From Lama glama (taxonomy: Eukaryota), in NCBI GenBank assembly GCA_028534125.1, contig CM052816.1, forward strand, positions 90,398,001 through 90,462,000: 64,000 nucleotides of DNA, read 5' to 3'. The notes under the pieces are model-generated. The model did no database searches and was not told where the DNA came from. It was given only the letters and a program-made list of their open reading frames with translations. The position numbers and the translations under genes are program-made. Shown in pieces: positions 12,069-25,361 of this stretch. Every line of letters starts with the position of its first letter. The first letter of the stretch is position 1.

Positions 12069-12849
12069 ATCTAAGTGGACCAAACTCTGGAATCATCATT
12101 CCCCATTTTTTTATTGAAACTCAGGCTACACTTGTCTCTTCCAAATTTATTTGATTCTTTTAATATTTTTTTCAAAGGAGGTAAATTCTGAATGGTTTCA
12201 CTGTAATTAGGCAGAAAAGAGAGGCAGATTTATCTTATGTATCTGGACCTATTCTAATTGCTCACATGGGTCATTTGTCCCAATGCCCGCTTTTCCCTTA
12301 ATTAATTTTAGTAGGTAATTAAGGTCGCTAATTCATTCCACAATCGGTGCCACCCTCTGCAGCACTTAATCTGAACAGATACAACCACAGTTGTACCTGA
12401 GCCAGACCTGCTGATTTAAGTCTTATCAAAATCAGCCTAAGGCCATGTTGAGATGGAATTAGTTGGCAGAGATCTCTTGTTCTCCATTAAATGCCGGCAT
12501 TTCTCCCCTTTCCCAAGTAGAATCCACAGAACTGCTCTCTCCACGGCAGTTCTGGGTTGAGGGCACTTTCAGAAATACTACTGATGTGAAATTATTCCAG
12601 AAACATAGCTCTTCACATTAAACATGATCTGCTGGGACAGCTGACAATTACGCAGCAACTTCGCCTCTTTAAAAATAAAATCACAAGGGACAAACAATGC
12701 CAATAAAACAAACACGATGTGATGGAACAAGTAGTTAGAACAGGCTTGGAACTTGCTCCTTTTTCTCTTTCTTATGCTTTTTCTTTCACCTTTGATTTTT
12801 CTCCTTCTGGCGTATCGCCTTTCCTCTTATTTTTCCTGACCAAGTGCTG

Positions 12850-13110
12850 CTTCAGGTCTCAGCTCACATCATTGTCGTAATGTCATTTATCTCTTATTCC
12901 AAAGTGCTTTGCATACGTCTTTATTGAGACCATTTCACACCATATTCCAACTACTTTTTGTTTGGTTTGGTTTTCAACATATCTTTATCTTTATTAGATC
13001 ACTAGCTTCCTAGACTAAAAAAAATATATATATATGTGTGTTCTTTTTGCATTTTCAGTCATCAGCACCAGTGTGACACTGGGTGCATAGTAAGTGTCCA
13101 AAAAAAGTAG
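12850..13110 (+). mobile_element. L2 3' end fragment
   Basis: 'ttagatcactagcttcctaga...cagcaccagtgtgacactgggtgcatagtaagtgtcc' resembles the L2 3' terminus. Confidence 0.55.
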
Positions 13111-13389
13111 TTTAAGTGATTTAACTTTTTTCCTTCTTGACTATTTTAAAGATCTCCTTCCATAGTCAGTAGTTGCTCATTATCATCCCCACTAGTGACA
13201 CAATGACTGTGACTCTACTCAAAACAAATGATCGGGCCATAAAATAGAAAAACTGATCTAACTCATTTTTTAATGAAAAAAATAAAATGTTACTTGTAAT
13301 ACCATAGTGACTAATTGTTAGAGAGGAATCCCGGAGTGCCTCTCTCTATGTCTCTTTCTGTCTCTGTCTCTTTCTTCCTCTAGTAAATA

Positions 13390-13865
13390 CACTGGCAGGA
13401 GAGTGTAAGAGATGCCCTCAGCCCTCTGGTCATAACTCCACCCAGCTCTGCTTGGGAATTGCCTTTTCCCACATATTGTGCAGTTCTGGGGAGGGACTGT
13501 GCCCATCCACCACAGGGGCTGTGCCCACCCACCACAGGGGCCAAAGAGGCTGCCTGTCTGCCTCCAGCCCCCTGGATCCAGGGGAAGTCGAGCAAACCCC
13601 TCTCCTGGCTCGTTGACCCTCCAGTGGGTGTGGGGACCTAGAGACCACAGTGACAGCATCCACTCTGACCCTGCTGGGTGACTCCCACTGAAGCTCCTGA
13701 TCCTAGACTTTTGGCTTCTCTTGACATCTGACCATTTTCTAGACCCAGACATCCTCCAGCTTTGCTCTGATTGTCTCACAGTATTTGTCCCAAAACATCC
13801 TTGTAACCTAATATGACAAGTGTTGCTTTCTCTGGATTACCAACAAAAATCCTGACTGAAGAAGG
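13390..13865 (+). mobile_element. Old ERVL-type solo LTR (LTR16/LTR33-like) with an internal 22-bp tandem duplication
   Basis: A GC-richer block ends in 'ccaacaaaaatcctgactgaaga', like LTR16/33 ends. The duplication ctgtgccca(t/c)ccaccacagggg is at 13497-13518 and 13519-13540. Confidence 0.45.
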
Positions 13866-13974
13866 TATTATCCAGACAGAACTATTCAGGCTAAACCTAA
13901 ATTTAGCTGAGCCTGGAAAAACTGCTTATGTATCTAGTGAATAATAAATACTGTAGTGATGCTTTGGTATGTGG

Positions 13975-14140
13975 CATTTAATGCTCATAAAAACTCTGTG
14001 AGGTAAGGTAGTCCACATTATTATCATCTTCTCTCTTCTACGGAGAAGAAAACTAAGTCAGAGAGAAGATACATCAGTGTGGCAGGGTCATGTGGCTCAC
14101 AAGTGATGGAGTTTTGACTTCAAATCCAGACAGTCTATCT
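13975..14140 (-). mobile_element. MIR SINE
   Basis: Reverse MIR core: 'atttaatgctcataaaaactctgtgaggtaag...ttctacggagaagaaaactaagtcagagagaag...ttcaaatccagacagtct'. Confidence 0.75.
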
Positions 14141-14144
14141 CTGT

Positions 14145-14682
14145 ATTATTTATTCATTTTTAAATTTTATTTTTTATTGAAGTGCAGTTGATTTACAATA
14201 TTAGTTTCAGGTGTACAGAAAAGTGATTCAGATTCTTTTCCATTATAGCTTATTACAGGAAATTGAATATAGTTCCCAGTGCTATACAGTAGGTCCTTGT
14301 TGTGTATTTATCTTATATATAGTAGTGTATATACGTTAATCCCAAACTCCAAATTTATCCCTCTCCCACCTTTCTCCTTTGGTAGCCACAGTTTGTTTTC
14401 TATGTCTATGAGTCTATTTCTGGTTTATAAATAAAATTTGTATCTTTTTTTATATTCCACATATAAGTGATATGATATGATATTTGTCTTTCTCTGTACT
14501 ATTTACTTCACTGAATATGATCATTTCTAGGTTCATCCATGTTGCTGCAAATGGCATTATTTCACTCTTTTTCATGGCTGAGTAGTATTCCATTGCGTAT
14601 GTATACCACATCTTCTTTATTCACTCATCTGTCAATGGACATTTAGGTTGTTTCCATGTCTTGGCCATTGAAAATAGTGTAA
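14145..14682 (-). mobile_element. L1 3' end (artiodactyl-type), 5'-truncated
   Basis: A T-rich tail is followed by 'ttattgaagtgcagttgatttacaat...ttgaatatagttcccagtgctatacagtaggtccttg...catccatgttgctgcaaatggcattatttc...ggacatttaggttgtttccatgtcttggc'. Confidence 0.92.
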
Positions 14683-14784
14683 AATAAACATAGTATATGT
14701 ATAGTAAAAATATATTATAAATATCTCTATATTAATTATTCTTAATAATAATAATAGTATAGTTCTTATTGTTGTTAATAATAA

Positions 14785-15010
14785 CACCTAGTATTTATTA
14801 TGCACTTATTATGTATAAACACTGATCATTTATTCCTCACACTACTTTTTGAAGTACCTTCTAACTTCATAATGGATAATCCTTATTTTATGGATGAGAA
14901 AACTGAAAAACGGAGTGATTAAACTCCCAGGCGAAATATCCAAAGCTAGAAATCTGTAGGGTGAAGATTTGAACCCAAACAGTCCTAGTCACACACTCTC
15001 CACTCACCAT
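14785..15010 (-). mobile_element. MIR SINE
   Basis: Reverse MIR core: 'tttatggatgagaaaactgaaaaacggagtgattaaact...agatttgaacccaaacagtc'. Confidence 0.7.
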
Positions 15011-15049
15011 GACAGCCTCTCTGACAGGAGCTATTTGCAACAGAGACTC

Positions 15050-15210
15050 AAACTCTAAATCTGTCAGAGCATGAACTAGCTGTGTGACCTTAATTGTGAC
15101 TTTGCTTCTTCACCTAGAAGGTGGAAATACTATTACCAAACATCTAACATATCTTATAAGGCTATTATGCAGGAAAAAATTAGATGCCATTTTAAAGTGT
15201 TTTGAAAACT
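15050..15210 (+). mobile_element. MIR SINE fragment
   Basis: MIR-like segment 'actagctgtgtgaccttaa...cttcttcacctagaaggtggaaatactattacc...ataaggctattatgcagga'. Confidence 0.55.
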
Positions 15211-15349
15211 GCTACTCATGTGAACAGTTATAAGATTTTTTTAATCTGTACTTTTAGAAATGTGAAAGTCCATGCTTTTATTGTTGCTGGGTTGAGGTAT
15301 CTAAAAGAAATGCATGCATGGATGAGAATCATTTATAAAACATCACTGA

Positions 15350-15453
15350 GTGCATTTTAGAGAGCTAGGACATTCTAGAATGCATAGGACTACTCTCACA
15401 ACAAAGAATTATCCTGCCCCAAATGTTAATAGTGCCAAGGTTAAGAATTCCTG
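15350..15453 (+). mobile_element. MER20 hAT-Charlie 3' fragment
   Basis: 'cattctagaatgcataggac...cacaacaaagaattatcctgccccaaatgttaatagtgccaaggttaagaattcctg' matches the MER20 end. Confidence 0.8.
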
Positions 15454-16407
15454 GTTTAGCTCTTTCATTGTTGCTATCTAGAACTTTGTTCCAAAAGAGG
15501 CTTTTGGCTGTGAACAGTATATTCTGTTTGGCTTTGTGGTTTTTTTTCCCTGAAATGGCATTTGGAGATTTTTAAAGAGCACATATCTGCTTGATCTGCA
15601 TGTGGATAATTGGGAATTACCCAACATAATTGCCTTTATGCAGGGCTTCTTGCCCAGATGATGAGAAATAAATGCTACAGATGAATCACTTGATACGTGA
15701 TATCAAATTTCAATTAGGCAAATTGAAAGGAAATCCAAATGGGAAAATCACTGTTTCTTTCTCAAACATCAGAACAAACACCAAAATATTCCATAATGAC
15801 TCTAAGATGGAGGAAAAAAGGTAAGACGAAGGGAGAGGAATGAAAATATTTTTTATCTTTAGCCCTGAAAAACAAACATGAGGAAAATAAAGCACAGTTT
15901 AAAATAACATTCCTCTCCAAACCCAGGAGCAAACTTCTTTATTCTAACCACCAATTTGTTCCCTCAATACACACCTACCAAATGACCAACAGTGTGGTTG
16001 CAGCTCAAAGAGATCAGGCATCAAATGACTCCCTGTTCACTCTCTTATCTAATATATAACTGCTATGGGGGAAACCAGTGATTCTACCACTGTCCTTGAT
16101 CCTGAGCCTCAGTTCTCCCATCCTCATCCCCAGTGACAGGGTTGGTCCCAAGGCCTCTTTCATCCCTAACGTGCCATGATGCTATGTTAACACCCACAAA
16201 TATTTAGACCATCAGCTGGTACCTACTAAGGCAGAGCTTACAGAGGAGTGTGTGACCACAGATGGAAAAAGTTCACAATTCACTTATGTGCATATATCTC
16301 AAGTGGAAATCTACAGGAATAAAATAATTCTTTTTTCCATGCCTTAAAATCTGAAACAACATCATGTAAGTGTCAGAGTAAACATCAACATAATTTGGAA
16401 ACTATGT

Positions 16408-17840
16408 TTCCCAAACCTAAAGGAATCAGATATCCAAGTACAGGAGGCTCAGAGGGTCCCAAACAGGAAGAACCCAAACAGACCCACACCAAGACATATT
16501 ATAATCAAGATGGCCAGAGTCAAAGATCAAGAAATGATCCTAAAGGCAGCAAGAGAAAAACAAAGAGTGAGTTACAAGGAAACCCCCATAAGGCTCTCAG
16601 CTGATTTCTCTACACAAATACAGAAGGGAGTGGCAAGATATATTNNNNNNNNNNNNNNNNNNNNNNNNNNNNNNNNNNNNNNNNNNNNNNNNNNNNNNNN
16701 NNNNNNNNNNNNNNNNNNNNNNNNNNNNNNNNNNNNNNNNNNNNNNNNNNNNNNNNNNNNNNNNNNNNNNNNNNNNNNNNNNNNNNNNNNNNNNNNNNNN
16801 NNNNNNNNNNNNNNNNNNNNNNNNNNNNNNNNNNNNNNNNNNNNNNNNNNNNNNNNNNNNNNNNNNNNNNNNNNNNNNNNNNNNNNNNNNNNNNNNNNNN
16901 NNNNNNNNNNNNNNNNNNNNNNNNNNNNNNNNNNNNNNNNNNNNNNNNNNNNNNNNNNNNNNNNNNNNNNNNNNNNNNNNNNNNNNNNNNNNNNNNNNNN
17001 NNNNNNNNNNNNNNNNNNNNNNNNNNNNNNNNNNNNNNNNNNNNNNNNNNNNNNNNNNNNNNNNNNNNNNNNNNNNNNNNNNNNNNNNNNNNNNNNNNNN
17101 NNNNNNNNNNNNNNNNNNNNNNNNNNNNNNNNNNNNNNNNNNNNAATCATTAAGAGTGGGAGAGGGAAGCAAGGAAAGCCATTGTGGAAAACAGTATGGA
17201 GATTCTTCAAAAGACTAGGAATAGACTTACCATATGACCCAGGAATCCCACTCCTGGGCATATATCCAGAAGGAACCCTACTTCAGAATGACACCTGCAC
17301 CCCAATGTTCATAGCAGCACTATTTACAATAGCCAAGACATGGAAGCAGCCTAGATGTCCATCAACAGATGACTGAATAAAGATGTGGTATATTTATACA
17401 ATGGAATACTATTCAGCCACAAAAACCGACAACATAACACCATTCGCAGCAACATGGATGTTCCTGGAGAATGTCATTCTAAGTGAAGTAAGCCAGAAAC
17501 AGAAAGAAAAATACCATATGAGATCGCTTATATGAGGAATCTAAAAAAACAAAAACACAAATACAAAACAGAAACAGACTCATAGACATAGACTACAAAC
17601 TTGTGGTTGCAAAGGGGGCGGGAGGCGGGAAGGGACAGACTGGGATTTAAAATGCAGAATAGATAAACAAGATTATACTGTATAGCACAGGGGAAAATAT
17701 ACAAGATCTTGTGGGAGCTCATAGCAAAAAAAAATGTGACAATGAATATATATGTTCATGTATGACTTAAAAATTGTGCTCTACACTGGAATTTGACACA
17801 TTGTAAAATAACTATTACTCAATTAAAAAATGTAAAAAAA
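16408..17840 (+). mobile_element. Young camelid L1, truncated within ORF1, spanning an assembly gap; non-functional
   Basis: It encodes the ORF1 peptide FPNLKESDIQVQEAQRVPNRKNPNRPTPRHIIIKMARVKDQEMILKAAREKQRVSYKETPIRLSADFS and the ORF2 C-terminus PLWKTVWRFFKRLGIDLPYDPGIPLLGIYP...[23 protein letters not shown]. There is a premature TGA at 17374-17376, then a 3' UTR and A-tail. A 16-bp TSD aatttggaaactatgt lies at 16392-16407 and 17841-17856. Confidence 0.95.
16645..17144. other. Assembly gap (500 N)
   Basis: Run of N read directly. Confidence 1.
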
Positions 17841-18184
17841 AATTTGGAAACTATGTCAGAGGTGAATGCTGTAAAATTAATTTCTCATTATCCTTCTATG
17901 TACAATAGATTTTATACTAAAAGATGAGTTGAAATATCCTGAAGAATTTTTGAGGGAAAAATCATATTTTCTTGAAGAAATTAAGTACTAACACCAATAA
18001 AATTTACAGTAAGGAAGATGCAGTATGATCCAAGTACCTCAAACTTTACTTGTTTGGAAATAGGATTATAAATAAGACCATGTCTTCTTTTAAAAAAAAA
18101 GAAGACTGCCAGCTTTATTGCCAGATATTAGCTCTCGTGTAACCAACCTCTAGCCTGTGGAATCCGTTTGTAGAATAATATACC

Positions 18185-18418
18185 AGTTAGGAGTAGAGTT
18201 CTCCAGGTAGACTGGCCTGGCCTCCAAGCCGGGCTCTGACATTTTTTAGCTGTGTGATCTTAGACTTTCCTTAATCTTCTGCATCTTAATTCTTCTATCT
18301 GCAAAATGGGGATAATAATAGTAACTCATAAGGTTGTCATGAGGATAGAAAGAGATGATTCGTGAAAAGGGCTTAAAACAAGACCAGGCACATAGACCTT
18401 AATCATATTTAGTCATTT

Positions 18419-18420
<2 letters not shown>
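18185..18420 (+). mobile_element. MIR SINE, near full length
   Basis: MIR layout: 'ggctctgacattttttagctgtgtgatcttag...ctatctgcaaaatggggataataatagtaactcataaggttgtcatgaggat...gcttaaaacaagaccaggcacatag'. Confidence 0.85.

Positions 18421-18456
<36 letters not shown>
18421..18456. repeat. (CAT)12 microsatellite at the MIR tail
   Basis: Read directly. Confidence 0.97.
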
Positions 18457-21400
18457 TTACATTAGCATTAGCATTTTCGTTAGCATTGCTGTTTTCCCTT
18501 CAAGGCAGCATATCTTGCTGCCAGGCCTTTGCCTCTGCTGCCGATACCTCTTACAGTATCACACTCTGGGACATTGCCGTCTATATGCAGTGATTGCAAT
18601 AGGAATCCCTGTCTCTAGTCTGGGAGTAAGACATTGCCCATGTTGGTTTCAGCCTGAACATGGAAACGAGCTACTTTTTAACTCCTTATTTACAAGGGAA
18701 ATAAGGTGATGAATTTTAACAGGCTGTGCTGGAGGTCAGAGGCTGTGGATAGGTTATGGAGTAAGAGGAATGATTTATGACTCTTGTCCAAGCACAGACT
18801 CAAATCTTACGGACACATTTCTCTCTCTCTTACACTTGGGAGCCTCCTTCACTTAAATAAAATCATATCGCTGCTCCTCCCACACACCCAACTCTCCCTT
18901 CACTGGATTTACTCCAGACGTTTTCATGCTTTAAAGTCTAGAAGCAAACTCACCCCTAACTCCCTAGTAAAAAAGATGCTTTTTACCTCACCCCTATTTA
19001 AAGTCCTCCCAAAACTCCTTTTTAAGCTGATTGATAATACAAGGCATCCAGTGTCCATGGGAAGCCTGGTAGTGAAATGGTCTAAACTTACAGACTCAAA
19101 AATACAGATACTGTTTCCTATTAAAACTCTCACTCTCCAAACTTAGAAACAGAATAGATTCAGATAAAATTGGTAACATAGCCCTCCTTGAAGAAAGGTA
19201 GGTATACCTAAATTTCTAAACTCTCACTACTTGGTATCCAAAATTCAGGACATGAATGGATTCAGATAATTCACAAAGGTCTTTGTTATCTAAACGTACT
19301 ATTGGAACTCTCGTTATCCGAACTTAGAGTCTGAATACATTTGAACTACAAGGGATACATGTATTATAATAATAACCGTTCAAAGTAGGTACATTTCCTA
19401 GAAGCTGGATGTTTGTTCTTATCTGGGTTTACCTCATCGAGGTAAAAGAGAGGATTACAAATCTTCTTCATGAAGCTGGCATATTTCAGTATCAAAATCT
19501 GGAAAGAAAGCACACCAAAAACAGAGGGGAAAAAAAGAGAGAAATCTAAAAATAAGAAGTCCCTAATGCTTGCTTTCTATGGTTAAATGACATAATTTTG
19601 GATTCCTGTTTCCTTGCAAATAAAAAGCTAAAGATAATTAAATATGATCCGTCAACTATATGCTCCTGTTCTTTCAAATGTCTATATTTTCTTCATTTCC
19701 TTAGAGAATGAAGATTACAAATTCATCACAACTGAGGCAAAAAAAATTCTTAATTAAAATTCTCTTTAGTCAATTTTATTTTTCAGACTATATCTTTGAT
19801 CAAGCTCTATCAAAATTAAGGTTTGGATTTATGCCTTGTTTTGGATTCTTCCAATGTGATTATATAAATGTATCCATCTAGCAGTGAGGATGGAAGGGCC
19901 CCCTTTGGTTGAAGCTAGCAAAAAAAATACACCATTTAGATCATTTTTCAAACATAATTTGTTTCAATAGTTAAATAATAGAACTAATGTGTATTCCTGT
20001 GTGCATGAGCCACGGGGCAAGAATAATTAGTGGTACCCGCAGAAATCACAGCCACTGCAAACCTTCTGCTGTCCCTTGAGCCAAGTGATTCTTAGGATTC
20101 AGCCCTTTGAGCGAGTGGGTAGATTGTCCAGCTTAGAGAAAGAGAGTCAGATGGGAAATGAGGATTCAGATCCCTGGGAAGGCGCACAAAGCATGCCGAA
20201 CAGATGCCCACACAGATGGAGAAATAGGGGATAGCCAGCAACCAACGCACTCAAAGGGCTTTTGGGTTTCTTGGACACAATAAGCTAATTGAACACAATG
20301 TTAGGGAAAGCAGCAATAGAATAGGAGCCTAAGACCTGTGTCATCATCGGCATACCATTTACCCTCCAAAACCCTCACTTTCTCACCTGCTAAGTAAGGA
20401 AGGTGGAACAGATAAACTGTAAATCTCTTTTTAGTTGTAAAACACAATGTTTCTATACAAATTTCTTATTTTTTTCTCATCGGGACTTGAAAATGGCCAG
20501 TGGTATTGCTTGGCAGAGGGAAGTAGTGAAATACAAAAATTAAAATCATGCATAATGAGTTGTGCCTGTCGTGGTCTGAGGTGTTCATGACAATCACTTC
20601 TCATTATGTTTTAATTATGCTATTTTTAAATTAACAATTTCACATCAGGGTTCAGTTGAAAAAGATAGAAGGTGATCCAAAAGTGAAACAAGTAAAAGAA
20701 ACTAAGAAGAATAAACAAAACTGTGTTTGTCGCACAATTTTCTCATAAGGTATTACAAAAATCTATAAGTTATGAGCTGCTTTATCTTGAGCCACTGACC
20801 TTCAGATGTTACTCATTTTTGTGTTGAAAAAAAATATATTCAATTATGAGCGAGCCACTGTCTCTTGAACTGTCTTGTCATTACCATTTCATTAGCAAAA
20901 AGTGGAAATAAAGACAATTGATAAAAGGCTTTGTAGGAAAAAATATATTTTCTGCTTCCCAAAAATTCAATTTAAAGATATAGCTGCAAGGTCATAAAGA
21001 TAAATGTGACATTAATTTAATTAGAAGAAAATTATAGAAATCAGATCCATTTATTTGAACTTGATTTATTATTTAACCAATAGTTTATTAGTCTAACCGT
21101 CTTCTATCCTGGGGTGATAGAATCTGTTTAAATTTACTCCATTTAAAGAACAAAAACCAATTATCCCACTTTCATTATGGTTCCTGTAGAATGAATTTTT
21201 CTCTGAGTCCCAATTTGTTACAAATTTTTCAGAGTAAGTTAGATGGTACCAACTATGGGTTTTCATTGGCCTTATCCAAACTAGTCCTACAGAACCTGGG
21301 CTCCATAGGGTACATCCTAGTAAAAAGAATTGTCCTTTTCTCCCTACCTTTTCAGTAGAAATTTGCATATCATTACTTGAACAACTTTGACACCGCACTT

Positions 21401-24400
21401 TGTGTTATTTAAACTTTTATCATTTGTCAAGTGGCCTTCTCCTAAGCTGGCTGACTGATTCCATACTTCAATTTTATGAATGTCAGAATATCATTGTGTT
21501 AAAGGAAATCTCATTTTTATTACCTGCTTCCAACAAATGAAGTGGTTGCAAATGTGTTAGGTACAAACATTAGGTGCTGATAAAATTCATTTTCTGGAAG
21601 AAGTGAAAGCACACATGGTAAGTCATTTCTTATTTAATGGCATTGGAGCATAAGCGTCACCCTCCAGCAACGGAAGAGAATGTTGTGATCATTTCCTGGA
21701 AACTCAGTCCTCCCACTCAACATATAAGCAAAAGAGCAAGAGTTCTGGAAAAAAAAAAAAAGAAATATATTTTAACCCAGCAATTTTCTTCTGTCCTCTT
21801 TTAGGTGTCTTTATTACTATTTAAAGACACTATATAGTTGGACTATAAGCAAAATGTTCTGATTTTCATGTAAAGTCTGCAGAATATCATTTTACTTTGT
21901 CACCAAATAAATGTCTACTATGTGTATTTAAATCCAGAGAAGTTTGCGGATAAGATTTTTTAACATGTCCTTTACATAGGTTTGGGGAAATCTATTTCCC
22001 AGCCTTTGCCTGACCTCACTTTCAGCACCAGCCTTCTTCCACATAAAACTGCTTTTATATGTTGTGAAGGTTTCTTTTAATCATAGCAACAGAATTTTCT
22101 TGCAAAATACTCTTCTCTGACATTGCTCCCAGAGAAAAGGTGCTATAGTAAATGAAGCATAAAAAGGAAAATTCTTTTGAAAATTCTTCAAACACCAAAT
22201 ACCTGTTAGAAATCCCATCTAAAGGTAAAGAAAAAATAATTAGAGCTATACCACATCATATTCTCCAGTCTGCCTTCTAATTAGCAAAGCCCTTCTCCCT
22301 CCAGTGCTACTGAAGGAGAAAACACTATTAAGCATTTGTTGACACAGCAAACACACTGTTGGGAGCTATCCAAAAGCCATTCATGAGTATCAGATTTATT
22401 TTTTTAGCTATTGCTGGTCACTAACACAGAGTTCACTTCATTCATGCGGGCTACTGGATGTCTCTCCTGAAATGTTATGACCATAGGGTAGCTTACAGTA
22501 AAAGAAGCCTCTGATAAAATTTAGCCATGCATACAAGAAGGCAAAATTGGTTCCATATCCATTCATACATAGAGTCATGTACCAGTTCTGCAAACTAAAT
22601 GAAGTTTCCTGTCACATGAATTGTTTCCCCAACATGAATTGAATTGTTTCACCAACACCCACTATGCAATATTTTTTAAACTTTCTAGGACTGATCAGAA
22701 AGGACATTAGCTGGCACACTTTTACCAGCCACCTCTGGAGACCTACTGGGCTTTGATTACTTTTTTAAATGCTAAACGTCAACTTCTGGAGTATGTATTT
22801 CTGGTTAGAGCACTACAAATGTCAACGGACTGACCCAAGAGACAGAATATATTGTGTGTGCTTCTGTGTGTGCCTCCCACTGACTATGCCAAAGTATTTC
22901 AAGAAAAATCACTCAGCATAGTCATTTTCAAGGATTCAGAATAAATCCCTCACCCAACACAAGTTATGGATTCTCCAGGTGTTGTCCTAGATTTAACCCA
23001 AAAAGTATGAATTAAAGGTCTCAGAATGATTCCCCTTCCCCTTGAAATCCATTACCCCAATTACTGTAAATAGTATACAGAAATAATCAACAAATGTTTT
23101 TTTGAATTGAATTGACTGGATTCAGAAAGAATAGTCTCTCACACTCCTATGGGCACCGACTTCAGAAAAGTCGGCAACCACAGTGGCGCCTGATTTATTA
23201 CTGATAAAATTCACTGCCACGGCCAGGACTGCAAAGCCAGGTTCAGAGAGGAGCGAAATTACCTCTGTGAGGACTGTGAAGACAGCCCTCATCCCAGGGC
23301 TCACCCTTTTCTTTAAATAAGGTTTCAGTTTTTAAAATGCCATCAAATATTTTACGATCATTAGGCTTAAGCTATCATATATTCCCTCTGTCTTAGTTTT
23401 CCCTCTGCTTTTTGAAAAAAATGTTTTTAAAAATTGCCCAGGTTTCTGCTAAGGAAAAAAAAATGATGCTTTCAAAGAGAGAACAACTATCTACATTTGA
23501 TATTTCTTGTTCTAAGGATGTTCAAGAATCTGGAACAACCTCCTCAAAAGTTCATTGACTTTTACTGCTGGCAGACAGTTGAATGGTGACAGGTCCTTAG
23601 TGTTTAGCTTGGTGGGACGTTTCTGCTTGGCTCCCGAACTGCATGACTGCTGGGAAACCTGCCAAACTTGAGTGCCTCCTGCCAGAGCTAATCGCTCTCA
23701 CAACTAGCCTCTTCTTAGTTGGAGCTCTATTTCTCATCCCTGACTATTGAGCAGGGCCGTGGTTGGGAAGGAAAGGCTCTTCAGTTCCTCACAGTTGGAA
23801 GAAAAAGAAGTTAAATTCCCCCTATCCTCTTGGTATGTAGCAGCCAAAGCAATCTGATTTCGGTCCATGTTCACAGTGCATGGTGTTGAGCCTTACTGTT
23901 GACATTCAGATATGAGACAAAGATCACTTAATGGTATTGTGTGAACCTGTAACTAACTTCTTTCCTATCTTGCTTGAAAAAATGACCTTGAACCCCTACT
24001 TCAGCTCACATAATTCTCTGTGCAAAACACTAGCATTAAATAACAACATTAGAGTCAAATTATTTGATTATGTTTATTTCTCCTACCATGATACAAACTC
24101 TTTAAAACCAAAAGATTCAGGATTATATTCTTAGCATCCTTAGCACTCAGCATGACAACATGCCTGGCATGTTGTCAGGGCTCTTGACAGGTCCAGGGGT
24201 CGTTAAACATCCTGCATTTACTTCTGTCCCTACTAGACAAGCTCTCAGTCCAGTAGATTTAACCAGTGACTCCACTGGCTCTAAGAATATGAAAAACAGG
24301 TTGCAAAATAAGCAGAAAGAGTGTTTTTTTCTCTCCATGATTAAAATATCAGAAAAAAAATGAGCAAGACAAAGGGTTGGCTATTTCCAGAGTTCTGTAT

Positions 24401-24656
24401 TTAAATAGCAAGAACCAGCCTAGGTAGACTTGAAATGGCATGAGTTTCCTATCAGGCAGGAAAGATGCCTGGCAATTTGGGGCAAGAAGACCAATCAGAG
24501 GAAAGATGGCACCAAGACAGGCTTCCCCAGATTATCACCATGCCTTGTATTGGCTTCGGCATTAAGATAGCATTTGGAAAATTTGAAAGCAAAAGAAATA
24601 ACCTATTTCAAAAGTACAATAAAGAGTGAAAAATATAGCAGAATAAGATTTCCCTG

Positions 24657-24700
24657 ATCGCTTTTTGTTTCTCCCCTGGGCTTTCATATTTGTTGGCCAG
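24657..24700. repeat. 44-bp dispersed copy of 27139-27182
   Basis: atcgctttt(t/c)gtttctcccctgggctttcatatttgttggccag, 43/44 identical, same orientation. Confidence 0.95.
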
Positions 24701-25361
24701 AAAGTGTAAATCACTATGGTTGATTAACACAAGACAATTTTCCTAACCCTGTCACTATTTGAATGCTGAATTAGCTATTAGCCATCCAATTAATCATACT
24801 ACAAATATGAAATACGATTGATTGTCAGCTAGCTAGATTTAGAGATGGGTGATAGAAAGATTGAAAACCTGCCATAACTTCAAAACACAGTGGGGTTAGT
24901 GTCATTCTGTGATCTAGAAAAGGAAAGTTGCTTGAAAGCAAGTGCTTCAACACACCAAGCACTAGTGAACAAGCAACACTAAGTTGCCACCTGGATGCCC
25001 AGTTTCATATTTTGGCCTCACATGGCTTCCTTTTCTGTTCTTACCTGTCAAAGGAATGAGATGAAAAGACAAAGGCTGACCCCTGCTAGCCTAATTTTGA
25101 CATACTAGAAGTCCAAAGGAGGAAAGAGATCACAGTATTTAAAGGACAGTAAAAGAGAAGCATATTTAATTGAAAGAAGCTATTTTATTAAGGACATAAG
25201 ACTTTGCATATTAAAGAATCTACTGTTCGCAAAATCACTTCACATTCAACGCATTAATATGTGATCTTCATTAATGTGTTGAGGCCTGAACGTTGCAGAA
25301 TAACAACTAAGACAAAAGATGGAAATTAACTTTCCTTAAACCATTACAATCCTATGGGGTA

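Noticed and set aside
13318..13779. 153-aa minus-strand ORF
   Set aside because: It lies in an LTR-like block, includes a tandem duplication and a (TC)-rich tract translated as ERDRDR, and shows no recognisable homology.
16510..17376. 288-aa ORF (and the antisense 229/191-aa ORFs) as real CDS
   Set aside because: These are artefacts of translating through 500 N. They join L1 ORF1 and ORF2 fragments that carry a frameshift and a premature stop.
19428..19446. Short inverted repeat tttacctc-atc-gaggtaaa
   Set aside because: 8-bp arms are expected by chance in 64 kb.
22021..22030. REST/NRSE site (ttcagcacca)
   Set aside because: Only the left half-site is present; the GGACAG right half is absent.
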